64,000 nucleotides of DNA from Octopus vulgaris (Eukaryota): assembly GCA_951406725.2 (NCBI GenBank), contig OX597832.1, positions 8,184,001 to 8,248,000 on the forward strand, given 5' to 3'. Below are positions 13,904 to 27,760 of this stretch, one piece after another. Position numbers and translations under genes: made by a program. How positions within the stretch are numbered: position 1 is the stretch's first letter; every line of letters starts with the position of its first letter. The notes below the pieces were generated by a model. It was not told where the DNA came from. It did not search any database and saw only the letters and a list, made by a program, of their open reading frames with translations.

Positions 13904-15136
13904 CCTCTTAAATATGCAGCCACCACTTGCATTAAAAGATAAATTTGAAAATACGAAATAGCGAGAGATATAATCCTGATCTTTCGCTCTCAGTCTCTGT
14001 CTGTCTCTCTCACTCTCACTCAGTTTCTTCAAATGCAAACAGATTTATACAAAACTTACTCGAACGCACAATTACATCTTTATGATACGAATAAACGAAT
14101 AGAAAAAAATGTTTTATCGCATATCGGAGCAGAACTTCCTCCTCCTATCTTTCTATCAAAATGCTGCACATAAACTTATGGCATCCTTATAAATAATACA
14201 TGTACTCTAAGATAACACATCATTGTTGAGCCGAAACATAGTAACACTACCCTCTACATTAGCAAACCCACGAAATTCACATACATTCATAGTGAAATAT
14301 GGACGATACGGTAAATGTGTTGGGCAACAATTTAAAGCGTTTATGTTTACTATCTGTCGAATGATACACTGCGATGTGACTTTTTGAGAGTTTTTAAGGA
14401 ATAGAAGGGCTGAGGTTAGATAAACATGTGATGTAGCAGTTAATATTAAATTTTACATTTTGCAACTGGATAATGTTAGATTATTGAAGGTGAAAGGTGC
14501 ATAGAGAATATGGAAGGGCTTTTACTGGAACGTATTGCGATAACCAATATTAAATTAATATTTACTGCAAGGTTTGCGGTTTGAGTTTCATTTTGGATGG
14601 TGAGAAACCGGGTGAGAAGGAGAACATATCAGATTTTTTTCTTTTTATCAATGGTGGTATGCTTCTTGGTGAATTTTAATTTCAATAAGCTAGATAATCC
14701 TTTTCTGGGGTGTTTTCCGCACGTGCTTTAAGCAATATAATTTTATCTTAAGAAGCCATTTCACCTAGATATATTCTGCGGAATTGAAGGTTCAGAATTC
14801 CTGCCATTACCGTACGAAATTTATTCTTTGACTGATTCATTACTTTGAAAGAATATGATTGTCTGTAATGAGATTAGTGCTACGTTAACTGAAGATAAGA
14901 AGTGTCTAGTGGGGTTCTGCTAGCTTCATTATATTCAGAATAATAGCATATCTGATTTCGTATTAATAGATCTTTATACATAAGCTGCAATATATTTCAA
15001 GTCTTTAACAAACAACGTGCTTCGTGCTGATTTCTGAACAAACTGAACTAAATACATTAGAATAAGTAACCGAGTTAAGGTTACTTAAGGTCCCTTGTGT
15101 TACTATAATGGTGGTAGGTTGATAGAACTAATACGT

Positions 15137-15342
15137 TCCCTTTCCATAAATGTGCTATTCAATATATGTAGAATACACCTAATTTGGCCCAATCGCCACC
15201 ATATCTACACTAACGTAGATTGGTAGAATTAATACAGTGCCGGATTGTGATATCTGGTGACATCCCTTTCCATAAATGTGCTATTCAATATATGTAAAAT
15301 ACATCTAATTTGGCCCAATCGTCACCATATCTATACTAACGT
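15137..15342. repeat. 80-bp direct duplication with a 46-bp spacer
   Basis: 15137-15216 and 15263-15342 (TCCCTTTCCATAAATGTGC...CTAACGT) differ at 4 positions. Confidence 0.9.
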
Positions 15343-16563
15343 GAGCGAATCTGCGTTGCCATTCTGTGTACTAAAACTAGAATCTAAACAACTATTAACC
15401 CACACCTTACTGAATTATAAAAGTTAAGTAGACGTCGGAGAGCCTGACCCTGTTACACTAACAAAAAGGATAGTATGGCCGTAGCCGGAACAACTTTAAT
15501 CATTGTTCAGTCGGATTCGTAAAGACAGGGAAGAGGGCAAAAAAAAGCAAAAGAACAATAACAACAAAATCAACATAATGAGAGCCAGTACATGGTAACT
15601 GAAGCTGATAGAAATAGCTGGCAAATCTTCTCTAGTCACACAAAACAGCATTAGAGAATGAAAACACCTATTAGCTAAATAAACTTCAAAGCCATAAGGT
15701 TGAATGGTATTTCGTCTTAAATCACTTCAAGCAGGGATGGCCAGGAATAACAAAAACAAAGAAAAGAACATCAGTAGTAGTAACATAGTTAGTAATAGCA
15801 AACAAACATCTCAACAATAATCGGTCGTCAGCAACATTTATTTCTAACATAAAAATCATTTTAACATACACCTAGCACATTCATGGAGCTGGAAGAGATA
15901 ATGATTTTCAAGGAATTTAGGTGTATAGGCAAAGACTACCATTCTTGTACAAGACACCATTCATTCGCAGGTTTACCCATCCACAGACAATGATAATCGT
16001 TTTCTGCTGGATGGTCGAGAAGAATGTCAAACGAAATGCCTTGTCCAAGAAAACAAAATAGGCAGAGCACACCACTTATATATCCAAATGACAACACACC
16101 TTAAAATCTCGATAAAGATATTAATAGATCATTCCAAAATTAAATCATAGAGGTATACAGGAAGATGTAGTTTCAAATTCATTTTGTATATGTTAGCAAA
16201 TATCTTGCGACAAAATGTGCCGTTTCCTATCTAAAGAATAAAAAAAACATAAATATATACGAATAAATACATTTGAGAATCGCGTTAGAAAGAATCCGAA
16301 TGAAATCAATTAATTAATTAAATACAAACAAACTTAGTATATCTACCTCCATACATAAGCAGATATCTATCTACATGCTTTCTCGCATACTCGAATCAGA
16401 ATTGTTTTTTTAAACTCATGTGCGATGGGTGTGTGTGTAATATGTGCATACAATGAATTATATATAAGATTATATAACTCTATACCTAAGTGTATACACA
16501 GAAATATACATATATATATATATGTGTGTGTGCGTGTGTGTGTGCGTTTATGTGTGTACGCAT

Positions 16564-16615
<52 letters not shown>

Positions 16616-17049
16616 AACACAGGGGTACAGAAATAAAGATAGAGTATGAGGAGGAGGGAGAGGAAGAAAGAGAGCGAGGGAATATATAAATTTATTAAAC
16701 TCATTTGTACATATATAAATTTTATAGTGTATTCCTTTAGAATATTACAACAAATTATCGCATGACTAACTAATTATCCAACATCATTTTTATCCAAATA
16801 TGCACAGAAACGAACAAAAATATTTCAGTTACATATTTAGAAGTATTGAAGCATATATTGCTGTTTAATTACGAATTAAAATTATCAAAAAATCGAAAAA
16901 TAAAAATGATAAAAATGATAATTATAAGTACGTATGTATACAGACGAATACACACATATAAAATCTAATACCGACTACATATATATCATATATATAAACA
17001 TATATACAGGTACATACATTCATATCTATATACACATCTATCTATTTAC

Positions 17050-17121
<72 letters not shown>

Positions 17122-17570
17122 TTATCTCTCTCTATATATATGTGTGTGTGTGTGTGGTTAGACACACATACGTACGTATGTTTTTAGGTATGTTCGTAGG
17201 CCTGTATGTATGTATCTATGGATGGGTTTCAAAAACATTATTTTAAACTACAAAACCAAAACTACCAGAATGTAGAATTGTATGGTAAAATGTCATGCCG
17301 AATTGTGTAAAGACAAAGCACTTAGTGCAGACTTATAGAAATTTAGTGCAGTAGAAACTAAGACGGCAAACACAGCATAAAACGATGTTTCTAGTTGTAA
17401 AAGGTGTGTTTTAAATGAAAGAGGAGGACACAATTGGATAGAAATTGTTTTAAATTAATTTGAATAGGCTAGGCAAAATAATAATAAGGATGTATTAATA
17501 GTGAATTCATATACGCACGAATACATATATACCAATACGTATATATAGGTACATATACCCTCTCATATGC

Positions 17571-17643
<73 letters not shown>

Positions 17644-17871
17644 AATACACACAAGCACACATATACATACATGCAAAGAGATGGTGGGAGGGAGAGAGAG
17701 CAAGTGAGAAGGATGGAAGGAGAGAGACAAGGGAAGACAGGCAAGAGAGAGTAGGTTGGATGAATATTGAAAGAATCTAACGGAATGAATAAATTTATTT
17801 ACATAAGAGTATGTGAGTATTTAAGCCCATCCGTGGAGACAGAATGACTCACAAGCATACACACACACTCA

Positions 17872-17907
<36 letters not shown>

Positions 17908-17943
17908 CAGATATACATACATATATATATATACAGATATACA

Positions 17944-17981
<38 letters not shown>

Positions 17982-18325
17982 TATATGTATGTATATATAT
18001 ATGTATATATATATATATATATATATGCGTGTATACATACGTAAATATATATGGATAATGATATTTATACATACATATGTGGAAGCATAAACACACACAC
18101 TAGACATATATATATATTAGAATTCTCATAAATTGGTATACGTGTAAATGTATAATCAATATTATACTAAATCTACTAAAACATTTATATAGCATTACAA
18201 ACACCATATTTTTAGAAATGCTGTACCATAGACATATATTGCAACGCACGCTGATATATATGAATGTGTGTGTATATATACAAACATACATGCATGCATA
18301 CATACATACATATATACATATATAC

Positions 18326-18468
<143 letters not shown>

Positions 18469-18947
18469 CATACATATATATATACTCGCGCCCATTCGCG
18501 CAGGCTACATACACACTGGCATACGCATTCTCTCACCTTCTCTCTGCGTCTCTGTCTCTGCATCTCTCCTACAAACATATGTATAGTTGCCTTACAAAAA
18601 GAAAGTTTCTTCATATATCACGTAAAATACATAAAATATATTTTCAATGAATGTGAATCTATGAAGCAATACAAAGAAAGCGAGGAAAAGTGCACACATC
18701 TCTATCGATGTATCTGTAGGGCTAAATATTTGGAAGAATTGTAGTTATTGAAAAGTAGGTGATATAGCCAAACAATATTGTTTAAATGTATAGTTACCAT
18801 TTGAATCCTGGGAAGGATATGGGAGGATCCCTTTACCGTAAGAGAATGGCATATTTTGAGGACAATTATACTGTGTATAACAATGGTTTGACAAATGTGT
18901 GTGTGTGTGTGTGTGTATAAAATATATATATATATAGAGATAGATAG

Positions 18948-18993
<46 letters not shown>

Positions 18994-19061
18994 ATGTATG
19001 TACATAAGCAGTTAGATACACACACTCACACATATATATTGATATATATGCCTTTTTGTGA

Positions 19062-19105
<44 letters not shown>

Positions 19106-19580
19106 ATATATATATATATACAGAGAGAGAGAGAGAGAGAGAGTGTGTGTGTGTGAGAAAGAGTGTGAGAGAGAGAAAGGGAGAGAGGTTTATATACACA
19201 TACAATAAGTGTGCCGAGGGAAAAATGAAAAGGGCCAGTGGCATAGATTTAAATAATTCATGTTCGTCGTGAATATATCACATGGTATATAAAGGGAAAA
19301 GTTATTATCCATTGAAATTGTATTTCAAATGGTGAAAGAATATTAAACCTAGCGGGAATTATTATCTTCTGTCAAAGAGAACGTTGTATAATTTGAAAAA
19401 AATTAATGAATCAAATAATGAGAGATGTCCGTAGTTGTCTGAAATTGCATCTTAGTCCGTGAAATTAACTATCAGTCCTTTGATAGCATCTCACAATTAA
19501 TACAATTAACGTTAATATACTTTTTGTTTTGTTCTGTTTCTGAAATTAAATGGCGAATTTCTGTTGTGTTGAGAAAGACT

Positions 19581-19630
<50 letters not shown>

Positions 19631-20043
19631 ATACGCAATCAATTACATTTATCATAAACATACAGGAATTAATGAATAAAATGCAATTCTCACACTCGGT
19701 AACTGAATAAAAAAAAAGGGATAACAAAATGCCTGAATTAAATACCCCAGTTAAATATTTAGCTTTGAAAGTGAAGAAATAAATTAACGTGTTTTAGGAA
19801 TCAAAGGTAGATCACAATGCTCTGAGGGAGGGCGTTAGATTATTGTTCATTGATAACACAAACCCAGTAACAGTAGATGAAGTGAATATTTGTTCGATAT
19901 GTGAGTAAGAACGTTTTTGAAAACTATGGTGCATGAAGGTCTATGGGTACATTTGGGAGAAACACACTTCGTTTTTTTAAAGCTAATTTCATCAGGAAAA
20001 ATTGAGAAATGTGAGACTGCAAAATCAATGCCGAACTATTATA

Positions 20044-20107
<64 letters not shown>

Positions 20108-20627
20108 GTATATATATATGTATATATTCGAATCAGCTATACAAGTACCGTGATCTTTTTAAAAAATCATCTTGAGAATCTTTTAGAGTCATAATTTTCA
20201 TCTAAACGATTATTTCTAATATATACACGATCCTTAACACTTGAGGGAAGGAGGTAGAATATTACATCCAGATTTCGATTCATAATTATTTTATCGACCC
20301 TGAGGGTGTGTAAGGCAAAGATGACCTTGGACGAAGTTATATCTAGATGTAAATTCGTAAGAAAAACCCCGAAGCATATCTGCCAACGCACCTATGAAGG
20401 TGACAGTTCATTATATTTTCCATCTAAATAGCAAAGTCTAATGTAAAATAATAAAATCTATTGTAATGTAAACTCAAAGTTATCTTAGTAAAGGCACCGA
20501 TGGTCTTATTCTGTATATTTTATCGTGCAAAATCTATTACATATGCTCATTCTGCTGATACATAATTTAATAAGTAACTAATTTTATATGGTTTCTTTTA
20601 TATAAATCTGAATCTATCTATCTATCT

Positions 20628-20722
<95 letters not shown>

Positions 20723-20884
20723 GCTACGTGGAAACGTTTTTAATATGCAAATAAAACCGCCTTTCCATTATGTTGGCCTCAATCAAATGATGGCGATTAG
20801 GGTACCAGCTTTTTGGGGATTGCATCGAACTGCGTGTTTATTAATTCCATCGAAGGATTATTATTACTATTATTATTATCATCA

Positions 20885-20958
<74 letters not shown>

Positions 20959-20994
20959 ATTATTATTATTATTATTAATATTATTATTATTATT

Positions 20995-21392
20995 ACTCTT
21001 TTACTCTTTTACTTGTTTCAGTCATTTGACTGCGGCCATGCTGGAGCACCGCCTTTAACCGAGCAACTCAACCCCGGGACTTATTCTTTTGTAAGCACAG
21101 TACTTATTCTATCGGTCTCTTTTGCCGAACCACTAAGTAATGGTGACATAAACACACCAGCATCGGTTGTCAGGCAATGCTAGGGGGACAAACACAGACA
21201 CACAAACACACACACGTATATATATATATATACATACAGGCTTCTTTCGGTTTCCGTCTACCAAATCCACTCACAAGGCTTTGGTCGGCCCGAGGCTATA
21301 GTAGAATACACTTGCCCAAGGTGCCACGCAGTGGGATTGAACCTGGAACCATGTGGTTAGTTAGCAAGCTACTTACCACACAGCCACTCCTG
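20995..21392 (-). mobile_element. SINE family B (tRNA-derived, CORE-like; resembles octopus OR-type SINEs)
   Basis: Minus strand: AGGAGTGGCTGTGTGGTAAG (A box), GGTTCAATCCC (B box), CACCTTGGGCAAGTGT (CORE-like), internal microsatellite, tail ACTGAAACAAGTAAAAGAGTAAAAGAG. Homologous to 54805-55187 and 57222-57437. Confidence 0.88.
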
Positions 21393-21419
21393 TAGCATGA
21401 AGTATATACAATGGCATAT

Positions 21420-22740
21420 TATTCATGGCATACCTTCTATTTTCTCGAAATATACATAGTATTGCTTTCTAACAGCCCTTAACCACTTTAATCTGCAATT
21501 TTTTTAATAATTATATATACATTTGTACCCCCTTCGGTATTGGGATTATCTTCCTTAATAGGTAGTATGATATATAAAATTGCACTTCCCCTACGAATAA
21601 GTTATACCTTCAGAAGCTATTGTTATTCTACATAGATTAGAGCCTTAGAAATATTTTAGAAATATTTCATAACCCATTTCCAAAGGTATCTTCATCTTAA
21701 TTTACATTTTTTAATTAGTAATTGATATACATAGTTTTATTTATTATTAGGCATTATAATAATAATTTTCAATATACTAATATAATTTCTAATTTATATC
21801 ATAATCTATAAAATAATCCTTATTTCATTTTATTTTATCTCGATTTATACTTAATTTTTTACTTCTGTTATACCTTTTATATCATTCGCAAAGAAATATT
21901 TTATGAAATTATATTTTTAATATTTTTTAAATTTTATATTATTAACCTTTTCTATATCTATATACCCTCCTATACATTTGTGTAGCTTCTTTAGATTATA
22001 AAGTGGTTTATAATTTCTTTTCATAAAACTCACTGAATAATACAATATCATATTTTATATTTATAATTACGCATTATGTTTTATAAATATACCTATATGT
22101 GAGTTTTTATACATTCTTGTATAATTTTTATAATTTTTCCAACTGTTTGTAATTAAAATTTTTTTCCAAGTTTGTTTATAAACGTTATGGTAATCCTTAT
22201 CTTACTTTAGTATATTTTTTAAACATGCAGTACTCATTAAATGTTTACATACCCCTTATACATTTATTTTACCTCTAATTCAATTACCTAATATTCGGTT
22301 CCTTATTTCTAAGAAATATCGGAGAAATTAACTAAGAAATATCGGAGAAAGGTCACTCATACTTTAACGTGTTGTCTCGCTCTCTGCTTTTTTCTACCTT
22401 TACACAAATTCCATTCTTACATTCGGCTGATCCCCACGCAAAGATATCTCTTTCTATCATCAACGATATTGTTTTCTACCCCCAGACTAGTCAGAAAGCT
22501 CAGTCTTTCTCGTCCACCACCGAATATCTTTTCCTCTCCATCTTCTTCCACCCGCTGATTCGCAGCAGTTTAAGTATGTCACCAACATGAGTTTAATCAC
22601 ATCCAAAATGCCTGAAAATGCTTTGGACACAGGCCCTTCCAACAAATCTAGAAATTAATTGCTTCAGAACGCGTCAAAAATTTGCTCAACTCATAGCTGA
22701 AGCTCATTAAAAAAATTATTAACTTGTCTCTCCTACTCAA
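21420..22740 (-). mobile_element. Possible highly decayed APE-type LINE 5' region
   Basis: Very A-rich minus strand with NIKYDIVLFSE-like (APE DIxxLQE) and CIGG-like motifs near 21970-22070. Heavily interrupted. Confidence 0.22.
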
Positions 22741-23744
22741 CTCGCAGTGCACCTTGGAAAATATCAAAGCGAAACCTTAAAACATAAACACATTATTCCC
22801 AAAAGCAAAAAGGCCGATTAAGCGTTTAATAAAAAATATTTCCTGTAGGTTATGTGATTTATTTCCAGAAGAACAGGTTTTACCAGGTATCCGACCATTA
22901 CTACGAAACTCTCAGTAGACATGGTTGCAGGGAAAAGAATAAAAGATACCTTAAACAATTTTAATACATTTTCATTTGCGACCGTAAAGGAGATGCGTTG
23001 CGTCTCACCATGCTACCCAATTTTGATCCACTCTAACTTTACTTGATCCTCATTTGTATTTTCTGCGTGTCCACCAATAACACCAATGCACTTTATTGAT
23101 CATTGTTAGAGTGTAGAATGTTCCAAACTCTAACATCTGGTGTGGTCACGACTTCAGCACATTAGCAGTTGGCAGAAATACCCCTCCAACTTTCGGTGTA
23201 AAGGGCGTATATTTCTGGGATGAATATGTAATTATCTTCTTCAATCATGTATGTATTTCATGAAAAATTCCGAGTGTTTATGAATAATGTGTTATGCGTA
23301 ACCAGAAGGAATTTTAAACCCCTCTCTTTGTACTCCATAGCATCTGATAGTGTTAGGCGAATGGTTCTCTTACATATTCTGTTGACTTATATGCCAATCC
23401 CATAGCCATTATATATAAAAACCCAGCATTGTACCTAGCACAAATGGTTTCAATAAGAAATTCTGGCAACAGCAGTTATCTTTGAGGAACACAAGCTGGT
23501 TTCTTTTCTCTTTGTAACTGTGATGGAAACTTAACTATTTCAGGGAAACAACATTATCACACTTTCCAAAACAAATTTAAATGTCACTGATGAAAACTCA
23601 ATCACGTTCTCTTAATTTTAAATTCAGCATTTGCACCTAATACAATCCAGGCTTGTAAAATAATAGAAATCTATTATTTGACGCAAAACATTACTCCGCA
23701 GGGCTCACAGTATCCGCTCTGAGAGTTCCATTTAATGAGCACAA

Positions 23745-23901
23745 TTAACCGTCCGTAGCAGGAGCGCAGATGTTGAATGATAATAAATATTCGATTCCAT
23801 GAAAACTATTTGAATAAGTGGAGAACAACAGAAAGGAATGGTTTGGGTAATTATGTGGTTTCAGGGCTGGGCACTGAGAGAAGGAAAGATGGTTGAGTAG
23901 G

Positions 23902-23971
<70 letters not shown>

Positions 23972-24340
23972 GTGGTGTGAGTTCACAATGCTCCGAGCTC
24001 AATTTGTACTGCATAAGAAGTAAAAAAAAATAGACGCAGAAAGAAAAGTCAGGTCATAACGAGTACTTCACTGAAATATACAATGATTCACCACAATCTT
24101 TAGGCAAATTTAGGCGAAGGCCTTAATCAAACTGAAGCAAAACAATTATCATTCGAAAGCGATGAAGATTTGAGCAATGTCATTATTTGGCTGACCTCGG
24201 CTATACTGCCGATCTTGCTCGAAAAGCTAATCTATTGCGTGAATCAGACGACTTGTTGTACCTTGAATAAGATAAATCCAAGCTCAGTATGTTTCTAACT
24301 GAAAACTACATGCACATTATTGAAGACAATCTCCATCTGC
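23745..24340. mobile_element. Possible decayed hAT (Buster-like) transposase fragments
   Basis: Plus strand gives LADLGYTADLARKANLL (like hAT LAYLADIFxKLNxL) at ~24190-24240. An APATDG-like motif lies on the minus strand at ~23750. Confidence 0.25.
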
Positions 24341-24589
24341 AATTTGTCCTAACTATGGCACATGACGTCCAAGCTACAACTACCATTCTCCTCTGTAGCT
24401 GAGAGTAAGAAATAGAAACTGGAACACGAGGTCTCTCTAAACGTGTTTCGCAATCTTTCAAAATCAATATTTCTCAACTGGTATTTTACAGGCTATTATT
24501 AAAGAGCATTCTTTTCTGAGGGATCGAAACCTGGACTACGTTGTAGAGGTATCAAGAATATGCAAAACTTTTATGTTTTTTTATTTTAT

Positions 24590-25230
24590 CGTTTACTTGT
24601 TTCAGTCGTTAGAGTATAATTATTTCTTTACTACCCACAAGGGGCTAAACACAGAGGAGACAAAAAAGAACAGACAAACGGATTAAGTCGGTTACATCGA
24701 CCCTTGTGCGTGACTGGTACTTAATTTATCGATCCCAAAAGGATGAAAGGCAAAGTCGACCTCGGCGGAATTTGAACTCAGAACGTAACGGCAGACGAAA
24801 TACGGCTACGCATTTCGCCCGGCGTGCTAACGTTTCTGCCTTCGTGAGACTATACTGTGGCAAGAATTTCTAAGTTACTTGAACAGATCGACCACGTGCC
24901 TTATCTTTTAAAAGCCATGTTGATTATTCCATAGGTCTTTTGAAAAATCACTAAGTTGCCGTGACGCAAATACACCAGACTGGTTTCCAAGGGAAGGGGA
25001 CATATAAGCATATATACAAGCACACACGCATGCACACGCACACACTCATGCGCACATATATATAAGTATATATTATGTGTGTGTGTATATATACATACAT
25101 AGTACACAGCAACTTTCTTTTACTTGCCCCTCAGTCTACCTGATCTCATGCTATATTAGAATACACCTAAGATGCCACAGAGGAGACTGAAGCGGGAACC
25201 ATATGGTTGGGCAGCAAACTCCCTATCATA
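24590..25230 (-). mobile_element. Old family B SINE interrupted by a younger family A SINE
   Basis: Family B tail (TTTACTTGTTTCAGTC) at ~24592 and degenerate body/head at 24845-25230, separated by the family A copy at 24621-24840. Confidence 0.6.
24621..24840 (-). mobile_element. SINE family A, young copy
   Basis: Reverse-complement match to 11301-11530, including GGATGAAAGGCAAAGTCGACCTCGGCGGAATTTGAACTCAGAACG. Confidence 0.9.
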
Positions 25231-27223
25231 CAGCTACATCTAAAAAAAAACGAACACATTGACCAGAAATATCGATTTGAAAATTTGGCACAATGCCAAC
25301 GTAACTAGGAATATTAAAATCTCTTAATCACAATTTTGCAAGCACGCTGGCTAATACTAATTATCTGAAATTCTAACCCAATGCCACAAGAAAATATATT
25401 CTAATTGTAATTTTATCAGCAAAATGACTTGTTTTCTCGAAGAAAATTATAAGGCAAAAAACACGTTTACTGTGTCACGGTCTATAGAAACCTGGCCTCA
25501 GATTCATAGATTTAACTGATAAAATACTCAACAGAAAACAACATCGCTTCAGGCATATTTTAGAAATCGGAATAGTTTAGTGAATGTATCGCTTTTCATC
25601 AATAGCTGGTTTGTAAAACTACCAACAGATAACTTAATATTAATTTCCAATTTTGACACGAGGCCAGCAATTTCAGAGACGGAGGTAAGTCGATAACATC
25701 AACCCCAGTATTCAACTGGTATTTATCTTATCGACCCGGAAAGGGTGGAAGACAAAGTTTACCGCCTTAAATAAATAACTTAATAATAATTGGAAAAACT
25801 ACATGTTTCCGTGAAACAAAGCACTGTTTGTTCTCTCAACTTTGCACTTCTAAATCATATCAATTTTTTTTTATCCAGGTCTAAATACGTAATCGATTTT
25901 CATCAATCATATCATTTTGCAGAACTGTTATATATTTGGGCCAATCATTACTCTGAATCATTATTCATTTATTTTTTCCTAGTTATTCGAAGTATATCAC
26001 TTAATATTAGTCATAACGTTAAGAACCACAGAATGTATAAATCAAAATATTTTGTTTCATTTTCGCTAAATGAAACTGAAAGTAATGCAATAGCAATTTT
26101 CTAAAGGAAAGTGTTTCTTATATAAGCAGGAGAACGGTAATCTAGAGAAGGAAGTTCCTTAATTTTACCGACACCAGTACTCATCTGGTACTATGTGTTA
26201 CTGATCCGTGAGGGATGGAGTACAGATTTTTTCAAAGCTAGATTTGAACTAAGAGCCTAATAAACTGAAACAAATATCGCAAAATATTTTATGCGTCATT
26301 TTAAAGATACTGCTAAGCGAACACACTTTTTAAATGAAATAAAATCGAAAGTAATTGAAACTTAATCTTTCCATAGTAAGATTATTTATGAACAAAAATT
26401 ATTAATTCTTTTCTTTAAAAGACTTAGCTAAGGTCTTATAGTTTAAATTTCATATAGAGTTCTTTATATTTTAGTTCATATGAAATAGAAAATATCTATA
26501 CAGTCTGCAATAAATTTTCATTAAGAATTCAGCTTAGCGAGTTAATTTTATTTAAATTTAATCTTCAGTATAATACACATCTTGTAGACATCCTTAAAAA
26601 ATGATTTTTCATCTTAATAATAATATGAATTTGTTTACATCTTTACATCGAAAATTCAGCCATTTTAAAAGACTAGATTTCTATAGATATTCAATAATAC
26701 CTCAACAGTAATATTGAAATATCACTTTTTTCTCGGTTTGCCCTAATACTCTCTATTATGAAAGGACAGAGATCGTTTTTGTTTAAATACAGAAACGTTA
26801 TGTTGACAAATTCATAAGTTATGATGAATATTAGAATAAGTTATATAATCATGCTAAATTTTCCCAGTTATTTCATCACAAATTATCACCCAACATTCAT
26901 AAGCAGCAATCACTTCTATGTTACTAAATGTTAAATACAGTCGTACTTGGAGTATAGCTGTAAGTACGCTGAAAACTGTCTTACAAGTCTGTGCGTCGGA
27001 ACTTTCGGTATTATCTGTGGTTCGTATAACATGTTTCGCAATAATTACAGTTCATATAATACGGTTTGAAAAGGCATGTTTTGAAATTGCGTTATACACA
27101 CACAACACACTTACACACTCAGACTCACATACACGCTCATACAAAAACATACACACACACAGATGCAACACCAATACAATCACACACATATATATGTGTA
27201 TATATACATATATATATATATAT

Positions 27224-27630
27224 ATCATTCTCGGTACATGTTCTGAGATTGCACTGTCCTCAGACTGACACCCAAACACTCAGATGTGTGCTTAGCACAT
27301 TCCGCCGTGAATGCTAATTTGCCTAATAGTGGTTTTATCTCTAATTTAATATATGTATATATATATATATATATACAGGGTGCAATAGTTGAATTGTTGA
27401 CATTCTATGGTTTTAATTTCGCGCAGGCGCATTGTTTGTTTTTGATTTTGTCGACTATACACTATAGTAGGGTCAGCTGGGCATCGTTTGTGAGTAAAAC
27501 AGCACATGCTGCAACTCACTCTGCCAGAAATTGTACTGCTTAGCATTCACGGCGGAATGTGCTAAGCACATAGAGTGTTTGGATGTCATTCTGAGGACAA
27601 AGCAATCTCAGGACATGTCCCGAGGGTGAT
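27224..27630. repeat. ~93-bp inverted repeat pair
   Basis: 27224-27317 is the reverse complement of 27540-27630, with scattered mismatches and a short indel. Confidence 0.9.
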
Positions 27631-27760
27631 AAAAATCAAACATCCAGTCAACATCATGGTGTGTGGAATGATTACTAGTGTGGGCGATGTTATGCCTCAA
27701 TTCATCTTTCCACATGGTCTCAAAACAAAAGCCTAAATCAAGTGCTCTGATTTGTACGTC
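27376..27760 (+). mobile_element. Tc1/mariner-superfamily (maT/DD37D-like) relic
   Basis: Begins TA|CAGGGTG at the end of a (TA)n tract. From ~27626 it translates VIKIKHPVNIMVCGMITSVGDVMPQFIFPHGLK, matching the KHPxxVMVWG...G..P..F segment. Internally deleted; no right TIR found. Confidence 0.7.

Noticed and set aside
15137-15342. Repeat-spacer-repeat arrangement resembling a CRISPR array
   Set aside because: Only two 80-bp units, eukaryotic context and no cas genes; it is a simple duplication.
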